Positions 41,190 to 51,595 of a DNA stretch of 64,000 nt are shown in pieces; the stretch's first letter is position 1; each line of letters begins with the position of its first letter. The translations under genes were made by a program, and so were the position numbers. A model generated the notes under the pieces. The model saw only the letters and a program-made list of their open reading frames with translations, did not search any database and was not told where the DNA came from. Origin of the DNA: Candidatus Latescibacterota bacterium (GTDB lineage Bacteria; Latescibacterota; UBA2968; UBA8231); the NCBI GenBank assembly GCA_965248355.1, contig OZ252098.1, positions 4,832,001 through 4,896,000 of the forward strand, written 5' to 3'.

Positions 41190-42095
41190 ATGACCGAAGC
41201 CTACGTGGTGGACAAGAACCTGGGGGAGCCGCTGCTGGTGGAAGAGGGTGACCTGCCGCAGCGGAACGCCGACGGCGAGCCCGTGGTCGAGCTGACCGAC
41301 GAGCAGAAGTACCTCTTCGACGTCCGCGGGTGGCTCCTGGTGCCCGGCGTCCTGGCCGACGACGAGATCGAGGCCATGCGCGAATACGCCATGCGCGTGC
41401 AGAAGGACTCCGAGTCCCTGCCGGAGCACGAGCGCTCCTTCGTGGCCGGTCCCCTGGAGAAGCTCACCGACCACCCGGTGGTGGTGGGCTTCCTCAACGA
41501 GTTCCTGGCCTTCCCGGGGCTGTCGAGCTCGGAGTGCTACGGGTTCCGCATGGAGGGCAGCAACCTGCGCAACCCCGCGGCGACGCCAAAGCGGGAGGGC
41601 GCCTTCATGCCCCACAACGGCAGCGGCTTCTTCCGCTTTGCCGTGGACTCCCACCACTACCAGAGCATTCCCGGCAAGTCCTTCAGCGGCTTGACGCGGG
41701 TCGTGTGGGAGTTGGCCCCCGTCAAGATGGGGCAGGGCGGCACACTGCTGGCCACGGGGAGCCACAAGGCCGCCTACCCCGCCCCCGCCGCCATCCAGGA
41801 CCCCCATTCGGCGGCGTGGGAGACCTACGAGTGCCCGGCCGGGTCGGTCCTGTTCTTCACAGAAGCCCTGGCCCACAGCACCTCGCCGTGGACCAATACC
41901 GACAACGAGCGGGTGGCCATCTTCAACCTCTACAACAGCGTCGGCTCGCGCTGGAGCTCCTGGTCGCCGCCGGCCGAGCTGGTGGAGCGCATGCCCCCCA
42001 TGCGCCAGACCCTCTTCCGCGAGACCTGGTGCGCCGACAACCTGCCCGGCTTCCGCTACGGGGGGCAGAACCAGCGCAACCGGCCGGTGGCCTGA
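41190..42095 (+). CDS. Phytanoyl-CoA dioxygenase (PhyH)-like protein
   Basis: KYLFDVRGWL.VPGVL, PHNG, GGT...GSHKA and PAGSVLFFTEALAH motifs. Confidence 0.85.
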   Translation: MTEAYVVDKNLGEPLLVEEGDLPQRNADGEPVVELTDEQKYLFDVRGWLLVPGVLADDEIEAMREYAMRVQKDSESLPEHERSFVAGPLEKLTDHPVVVGFLNEFLAFPGLSSSECYGFRMEGSNLRNPAATPKREGAFMPHNGSGFFRFAVDSHHYQSIPGKSFSGLTRVVWELAPVKMGQGGTLLATGSHKAAYPAPAAIQDPHSAAWETYECPAGSVLFFTEALAHSTSPWTNTDNERVAIFNLYNSVGSRWSSWSPPAELVERMPPMRQTLFRETWCADNLPGFRYGGQNQRNRPVA

Positions 42096-43108
42096 TGTAC
42101 ATCCAGGACCAGGTCTCCATCGACCAGCTCGACGACGGACACCTGAGGTTCTTCCGCGCCATCGGCGTGGACTCCATCCACCTGGATCTGCGCGGAGGAG
42201 CACCCGCCCCCGGCCGGCGGTCCGGCACCGGATCGGCCAACACCTCGCTGGCGCAGGACATCAGGGCCGGCAAGGACTGCACCGACGCGCTGGCCCAGGC
42301 GCGGGAGAAGGTCGAGGCCCACGGCCTGAAGCTGAACAACATCTTCATGCCCGCCTGGGAGGAGATCACCCTCGCCGGTCCCGACATGGACGAGAAGATC
42401 GGCCACTGGTGCCGGATGCTGGAGAGCGTCGGCCGCGCCGGCATCCCCTGCGTGGGCTGGAACTTCAAACCCATGGGCAACTTCCGCACCCCCTCGGACA
42501 CCGGCCGTGGCGGCGCGAGATACAGCACCTTCGACTACGCCGCCTTCGACCAGGACCGCCCCGAGCCGCACCAGCCCCCCGTGGACGAGGCCCGGATGTG
42601 GGAGCGCATGCAGCGCTTCCTGACAGCGGCGATCCCCGCGGCCGAGAAGGCGGGCGTGCGCATGGCCCTGCACCCCGACGACCCGCCCATCCCCGAGCCC
42701 CTGGCCGGCGTGGCGCAGATCTGCTCCACCCTGGAGCAGTTCCGCCGGATCTTCTTCGAGATCGCCCCCAGCCAGAGCAACTCCATGCTCTTCTGCCAGG
42801 GCTGCATGACCGAGCTGCTGGGACCGGAGAAGGTCTACGCCGCCATCGCCGAGATGGCCTCAAAGGACAAGATCGCCTGGGTCCACTTCAGGAACGTGCG
42901 GGGGCAGTTGCCCAGGTTTGCGGAGGTGTTCATCGACGAGGGCGAGGTCGACATGCGCCGGGCGATGGAGGTCTACCGCGACAACGGGTTTGAGGGGCCG
43001 TACATGGTGGACCACACGCCGGCGATTGGGGCGGGGTTCGGGGCGTTGCATGGGAAGGCCTATGCGATCGGGTATATCCGGGCGCTGGTGGAGGTGGTGT
43101 ATGGGTGA
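42095..43108 (+). CDS. uxuA: Mannonate dehydratase (UxuA family)
   Basis: AEKAGVRMALHPDDPP, FCQGC, VHFRNVRG, F.EVFIDEG.VDM, DHTP and AYAIGYIRAL; TGATG coupling to the upstream gene. Confidence 0.88.
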   Translation: MYIQDQVSIDQLDDGHLRFFRAIGVDSIHLDLRGGAPAPGRRSGTGSANTSLAQDIRAGKDCTDALAQAREKVEAHGLKLNNIFMPAWEEITLAGPDMDEKIGHWCRMLESVGRAGIPCVGWNFKPMGNFRTPSDTGRGGARYSTFDYAAFDQDRPEPHQPPVDEARMWERMQRFLTAAIPAAEKAGVRMALHPDDPPIPEPLAGVAQICSTLEQFRRIFFEIAPSQSNSMLFCQGCMTELLGPEKVYAAIAEMASKDKIAWVHFRNVRGQLPRFAEVFIDEGEVDMRRAMEVYRDNGFEGPYMVDHTPAIGAGFGALHGKAYAIGYIRALVEVVYG

Positions 43109-43148
43109 GGGAGAAACCATAACCCCCGCATCGAAGGGAGAGCACCAA

Positions 43149-43418
43149 ATGGCAGATGTTGAGAGAATCATCGGCGATCCTGGGAAGATCGCCGAGCAAA
43201 TGGAGGCTTTCCGCGAGAGTGTTACCCTGCTGTCATCGGAGAATCCTCGTATGATCGAGGAATACCCAGATGAGTGGATCGGGATTCACTCGGGAAAGGT
43301 CCGGGCACATGGCCCGACATTCGAGTCCGTCTTGCAGGCCCTGGATGAAGGAGGGTACTCCCGGGCGCAAGCCATCGTCAGGTATATCGAGTCCGAGCCT
43401 CGTACCGTGATTCTGTGA
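43149..43418 (+). CDS. Small DUF5678-like protein
   Basis: EEYPDEWIGIHSGKVRAHGPTFESVL pattern; GGAGAG RBS. Confidence 0.6.
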   Translation: MADVERIIGDPGKIAEQMEAFRESVTLLSSENPRMIEEYPDEWIGIHSGKVRAHGPTFESVLQALDEGGYSRAQAIVRYIESEPRTVIL

Positions 43419-43635
43419 TGATGCAACGTGCCGATCCCAGGTAGATACGTAGTCGGTAAGGCTAGGCCCCACATTGCGTGCCCTGGCACCTCGCGGCAAT
43501 CCAATGGTGCGTACCTTCCAAAGCCCGTCGATTAGTCCACGGACTCCAACGGACGGCTCGCACCAGTATCGCAATCCAATGATTGGCTGCCATCAGGAAG
43601 GACAGGGCCCCACAAATGGACACGGAATCAACCGT

Positions 43636-44094
43636 ATGAGGATCGATCTAAAGCAAGCGTATAAGTCCATAGGAACCCTCACAACCGAGGACCTCCCCGA
43701 TCTTGCCGTTCTCATCGGCAGGAACGGTGCTGGAAAGACCCAACTTCTCGCCGCCCTCAAGGAAGGACATGCCGTGGTCCCCGGCATTAGTCAGGACGAG
43801 ATCGAACTGTACGACATGGCTTCCTTCCAACCGGGTAACACAAATGTCGGGAATCGGGCTTCCAACCAATTCGGTAAGGACACTGCCGACGCCTACCTCA
43901 TAGCTCCACCAGGAGGCCATCCGCTAATCGAGATCGCCGTAGACATCTTCGACCAATGCGCTAGAGAAATCGAACGCACATCTGGAGTGGAACGCGATGA
44001 GTTTGCCCACAGCTTGAGGGAAGAAATCCGTCGCTGGCCGGACTTCACTGTCCGAGTACTTCACTCACTTCCAAGATCTGCACGATGTCGTTAG
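43636..44094 (+). pseudogene. Truncated ABC/AAA_15-21-type ATPase (N-terminal Walker A only)
   Basis: YKSI...LAVLIGRNGAGKTQLL; no ABC signature or Walker B before the stop. Confidence 0.7.
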
Positions 44095-44224
44095 TGAGAT
44101 TCTCGGGTCACTTGGGGATTCTCCTGCCCAGATTGCCGAGAAAGCTGATCCATGACAGGGACCAACTCTACTGGATGAGATGTGCCTCGCCTCCCGTCCG
44201 GTGAAGGCGGCGCTTGCTGTCCCG

Positions 44225-44412
44225 TTCGACGAGGTCGTCATCGGCGAGGGCGAGGTGGAGGTGCGCCGGGCGATGAAGTCCTATCGGGCCAACGGGTTCA
44301 ACGGGCTAAATGGACCACACGGCCTCCTTTGGGTCGGGGTTGGAGACGTTGCATGGTAAGTCGTACGCGAAGAGGGTATAGCCGGGCGTTGGTGGAGGCC
44401 GTGTCTGGGTGA
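44225..44412 (+). repeat. Degenerate duplicate of the uxuA 3' end
   Basis: Translates, with two frameshifts, to FDEVVIGEGEVEVRRAMKSYRANGFNG..DHTASFGSGLETLHGKSYA.GYSRALVEAVSG* versus uxuA FAEVFIDEGEVDMRRAMEVYRDNGFEG..DHTPAIGAGFGALHGKAYAIGYIRALVEVVYG*. Confidence 0.9.
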
Positions 44413-44719
44413 GCCTAGGGCTTGATATCTCCACCGATTACCTCAGTTTCTGATGATGTGCCACTTCCAACCACAAACCTCTGTTCGGGAAACACGAGGG
44501 TCAGTAGCGATACACACGCATATATCATAGGGACGAGATAGAATCTTCCAGCTTTACCGAGGTTATATCGCCAGTCCATGAAGGCACCGTCATGGGCTTT
44601 GAGACATGAAGCCAGACGGTTGATGGGAGCAGATTGGACCCGTATATCCTGTTCGGACCTCACAAAGGATTCATAGATGGAAGATACTCTTGACTGAGTT
44701 TGAGTGGACAACTCTGTGA

Positions 44720-46143
44720 GGCATTGTCCCGATCTTAGTTGAAATAGCACAGGCTCCCATCGTTACGTTTGATACGAGAAATCCCCAAGAAGCCTCGTAT
44801 CGGTAACCCAAGGAGCCTGCCATGAGCAAGCTACAAGCACGGAAGAAGGGCGTCAAACGGACCGTGGCCATCGGCCCCGTGAACCGCCAAGCCACCGCGT
44901 CGATGGACGATCTGGAGACTCGCATCGAGGTCATCCAGCTGCTGATCCCTTTGGGTCTGCAGGCGGTCTCGGAGGAGCTGCAGCAGTCGGTCGAGGCCTT
45001 GGCCGGACCTCGGTATCAGCGCAAGGGTCCGGATCAGGCGTTGCGCCGCTGGGGGGCGCAGGCCGGGTCGGTGTACCTGGGCGATCAGAAACTGCCGGTC
45101 GAGGTGCCGCGCGTGCGCGATGTGGTCCGCGGCACCGAGGTCCCGCTGGAGGCCTATCAGGCCCTGCAGACGCCGAGGCAGATGGACCAGGGGCTGTTGT
45201 TGCGGGTGCTGAAGGGCTTGGCCACGCGCAACTACGAGGCCTGCGCCGAGACCGTCCCGCAAGCCTTCGGTCTGTCCCGTTCCTCGGTCTCTCGCCGGTA
45301 CGTGAAAGGCACGGCGCGCAAGCTGGCCGAATTCCAGCAGCGATCCTTGGAAGGCTACGACCTGGTGGCGCTGTTTCTGGACGGCAAGAGCTTCGCCGAC
45401 GAGGAGATCCTCATCGCCCTGGGTGTGACTCTGGAGGGCCAGAAGGTGCCCTTGGGCTTCGTGCAGGCGGCCACCGAGAACGAGCGCGTCTGTCGCCGCT
45501 TCCTGGCGGAGCTGGTCGAGCGGGGCCTGCAATACGAAGCCGGGCTGCTCGTGGTGATCGATGGAGGCAAGGGCCTGTACAAGGCGGTGCGGTCGGTGCT
45601 TCAAGGCCATGCCTGCGTGCAGCGATGCCAGTATCACAAGCGCCAGAACGTGGTCTCGTACCTGCCCAAGAGCGAGCAGGCCGGCCTTCGTCGAAAGCTG
45701 GAAGCGGCGTATGGGCACTCGACGTACGAGGAGGCCCAAGCCGCCCTGGAGGCGCTGAAACCGGGGTTGCAGTTGATGAACCAGTCGGCCCTGCGCAGCT
45801 TGGAGGAAGGCCAGCAAGAAACCCTCACGCTCCACCGCCTGGGCCTGATGCCGATGCTGAAGGCCTCCTTCCGTACCACCAACTGTATCGAGAACGTCAA
45901 CAGTCTCCTGGAGCAGTTGACGCACAACGTGCGGCGCTGGACCAACTCGTCGCAGCGTCACCGCTGGGTCGCCACGGCGTTGCTTGACATCGAACCTCGC
46001 CTCCGCCGGGTCAACGGCTACCACCACCTGCCGATGCTCCGGCAAGCGCTCCAAGCCGAGCTCGGCATCCAGCAGCTCGCGATGACGGGCTGACTCATCC
46101 ACTCGAGCCTGGGCTACGTTTCAACTGAAAATGGGACTTGCCC
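44720..46143 (+). mobile_element. IS256-family insertion sequence with 8-bp target duplication CTCTGTGA
   Basis: Direct repeats at 44712-44719 and 46144-46151; imperfect inverted repeats GGCATTGTCCCGATCTTAGTTGAAA and GGGCAAGTCCCATTTTCAGTTGAAA. Confidence 0.92.
44822..46093 (+). CDS. IS256-family (Mutator-like) transposase
   Basis: VPRVR, LFLDG, VIDGGKGL, QRCQYHK and RTTNCIE motifs. Confidence 0.93.
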   Translation: MSKLQARKKGVKRTVAIGPVNRQATASMDDLETRIEVIQLLIPLGLQAVSEELQQSVEALAGPRYQRKGPDQALRRWGAQAGSVYLGDQKLPVEVPRVRDVVRGTEVPLEAYQALQTPRQMDQGLLLRVLKGLATRNYEACAETVPQAFGLSRSSVSRRYVKGTARKLAEFQQRSLEGYDLVALFLDGKSFADEEILIALGVTLEGQKVPLGFVQAATENERVCRRFLAELVERGLQYEAGLLVVIDGGKGLYKAVRSVLQGHACVQRCQYHKRQNVVSYLPKSEQAGLRRKLEAAYGHSTYEEAQAALEALKPGLQLMNQSALRSLEEGQQETLTLHRLGLMPMLKASFRTTNCIENVNSLLEQLTHNVRRWTNSSQRHRWVATALLDIEPRLRRVNGYHHLPMLRQALQAELGIQQLAMTG

Positions 46144-46410
46144 CTCTGTGAAGAGCTTGTGAAGATCGTGTTTCTGCAACCTTCTGGTAATTCGCTTGCC
46201 TTCGACTTCGAGCAACGCCTTTAGGGCACACTCGACAGCAAATGCCATCAGGATGGCATTGCCAGTCATGCGGCCCGCATTCACGAGACTGTCTTCGCTC
46301 TTCCACGTTGCGTTATGTGACTCCTTTACAAACGTAAGGAGACACTTTGCCTTGTCTCCCCAGGAGACGATGTCAGACATTAGATGCCTCTCTGCTCAAG
46401 TAATCATGGG

Positions 46411-47138
46411 CTACCACTCCAACCCCACCCCCCGCTGCCGCAAATCCCCCCGCCGGCGCTCATAGTCCGGCATGATCCGCCCGAGGGCCTGCCAGTAATC
46501 CCGGCCGTGGCCCCGGTGCCGCAGGTGCACCAGCTCGTGGACCACCACGTAGTCCACCAGACGCATGGGGGCCTGGATGATCCGCCAGTTCAGCCGTATG
46601 GTCCCGCTGCGGTCGCAGCTGCCCCACCGCCTCTTCTGGTCTGAGATCACCACCCAGGGCATCTCCACGCCAACCCTCCCCCGCCATATCTCCACCCGTT
46701 CCGGCAGCCGCTCGGCGGCATGACTCCGCAGCCACGAGACCAACGCCGCTCGCACGTGATCCCGCTGCCCCGCCCCCGCCGGCGCCGGCACGTGGAGCCA
46801 GCCGCCCCGCAGCTTCGCCTCTCCCGTCTCCCCGGGAAGCACCTTCAGCCGGTAGTGCCGCCCCAGATACATCACGCTCTCCCCGCTCACAAACTCCCGA
46901 GGCGACGGCGGCACTCCGTTTGACCCCACCCCCCGAAGCCGCTGCACGATCCACCCCGCCTTCCGCCGCGCCACCTCGTCCAGCCGGCTGGTAGGGAAGT
47001 CCTCCGGAGCCAGGAGTAACACCCCGCCCGCAGAATCCACCGTCACCGCCACCGTCTTCTTCCGCCGGGCGCTGCGGCGGATGGCGTAGGTAAGGCGGGT
47101 GCCGCCCCAGGTGATGGCGGAGGTCTCCAGGCGGCCGG

Positions 47139-47142
<4 letters not shown>
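46411..47142 (-). CDS. M48/YgjP (SprT-like) metal-dependent hydrolase associated with type I R-M
   Basis: RWGSC, LNWR and DYVVVHELVHL..GH motifs; ATGA overlap with the hsdR stop. Confidence 0.92.
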
Positions 47143-50156
<3,014 letters not shown>

Positions 50157-50178
50157 GCGGGTGGCAGTCTCGGTGTGC

Positions 50179-50349
50179 TCAATCGTTCAGACCAAGCGAC
50201 TTCTTCACCTCGGCAGCGGAGTATACCTGCTCCCCACCGTCTCGGACGCGCTGCAGGACTTCGGCAGCGAGATAGTAGTCCTCCATGTCATCAAGACCCC
50301 GTGCGATAGTCTCGCGCAGGCAGACATCCTTGGTGCGCCCGGTTTGCAT
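50179..50349 (-). pseudogene. 5'-truncated RelB/CopG (DUF6290-like) antitoxin
   Basis: QTGRTK..LRE.I.RGLDDMEDYYLAAEVLQRVR.G.EQVYSAAEVKKSLGL*; the N-terminal RHH strand is absent and there is no toxin downstream. Confidence 0.7.
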
Positions 50350-50350
50350 T

Positions 50351-51595
50351 TCAAGCTGTCCCCCGAGCACGCACCTTCCAAAGCCGGACGATGAAGCGGT
50401 CGTCTTCCTCGATCAGGTCCGGCTCCGTCCCGTTGTGGCGCCGCATGGACTCGATGATCCGATTTCGGACGCCCATTCCGTAGTGCTCGATGTAGCCGTA
50501 GTCGCGGAGGATCTCCTTGAGCAGCTCGTTGCGGGCCGCTCGGACCACGCCCTCTCTCATCTTCTCCACGGTGACGCCGTTCGGAAGCCGGCCCGGCGAA
50601 ATGACCTCCAGCCGGTCGCCGTAGAGCGACACCTCGATGTCGGTGCCTTCGCGAGCGTAGTCGCGATGGGCGACCGCGTTCACTATCGCCTCTCGCACCG
50701 CGTCGAGCGGAAAAGCCCGCTTGCGGCGACGCCGGCCTCCTTCAAGCCAGGCAGCGCTTCCCATGTTGCGCTTCACGAAGTCCACCGTGCGGTCGATCAC
50801 TCCCGGCTCCACCGCAGCCCCGCGGCTCGAGACTCGAGACGTCAATGGTCCCCGAATTCGCTCTTCATCGACCGTGTTGTACTCCTTCTCGGAGCCGGGA
50901 AACGCCACCGCGGTCACGCCCGCCTGGGGCAAACGGCGCTTCGGGTGTTCGCCGAACAGCAGGAGCCCGGAAACCGATGCGCCAACATCGTCTCCCACCG
51001 CGACGAGTAGGTCGGAGTTGAGCAGGAGCCGCCGCCAGTGATCGGGGTCGGACCGAGCCGGGACAGAGCGCTTCAGGACATCGCGGTAATAGTTCTCGAC
51101 TCGATCCATGTCGAGAGCTTCGAGCCCCGTGTCCGGCACCGCCTTGATCTCGTATCGGACCAGTTGTGCCGCCTGGTAGAGTCTGGCTTCTTCCTCCCTT
51201 GTGGCCTCGCGTGAAGTGCTTCCGACGCGATTGAACGTAACCCACGCTCCTCCCCGCCTTGCCTTGTGTGGCTTGCCCGAACTGTCTGCGGGGAGTTCCA
51301 CCGACCCCACGGTTCCGTCCGGCATGGCGACGGTGCTCCATACGGGAAGGACCGCAGGCTGAAGGTTGTTCTGGGCGATGTTCATCACCCACTCCTCGGC
51401 CTCCTCGCGGCTCCTGGTCAGTCCGGTAATTCGCCGATCCTTCTCCACACCGAGCAGAATGACGCCTCCCTCCAGGTTCAGCAGGGCGGACATCTCCTTC
51501 GCCAGGGAATCGGGATGGACATCGTCGCGTTTGAACTCGACGCGCGAGTTCTCCCGGTTGGCGATAAGTTCGAGCAGTTCCGTTCGGTTCATCAC
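50351..51595 (-). CDS. AlbA_2 (Schlafen-like) domain + HATPase_c_4 ('RecG C-terminal-like') protein
   Basis: ENSRVEFKR...LLNLEGGVILLGV; REAIVNAVAHRDY...ISPGRL...RN...EHYGMGV. Confidence 0.88.
   Translation of the reverse strand: MMNRTELLELIANRENSRVEFKRDDVHPDSLAKEMSALLNLEGGVILLGVEKDRRITGLTRSREEAEEWVMNIAQNNLQPAVLPVWSTVAMPDGTVGSVELPADSSGKPHKARRGGAWVTFNRVGSTSREATREEEARLYQAAQLVRYEIKAVPDTGLEALDMDRVENYYRDVLKRSVPARSDPDHWRRLLLNSDLLVAVGDDVGASVSGLLLFGEHPKRRLPQAGVTAVAFPGSEKEYNTVDEERIRGPLTSRVSSRGAAVEPGVIDRTVDFVKRNMGSAAWLEGGRRRRKRAFPLDAVREAIVNAVAHRDYAREGTDIEVSLYGDRLEVISPGRLPNGVTVEKMREGVVRAARNELLKEILRDYGYIEHYGMGVRNRIIESMRRHNGTEPDLIEEDDRFIVRLWKVRARGTA

Larger units (their letters stand above)
44415..46380 (-). 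pseudogene. HEPN-domain protein (177 aa when rejoined) interrupted by IS256
   Basis: 5' part AFAVECALKALL...KHDLHKLFTE (46144-46380) joins in frame to LSTQTQ...AFMDWRY... (44415-44711) once the IS and one target copy are removed. Confidence 0.8.
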
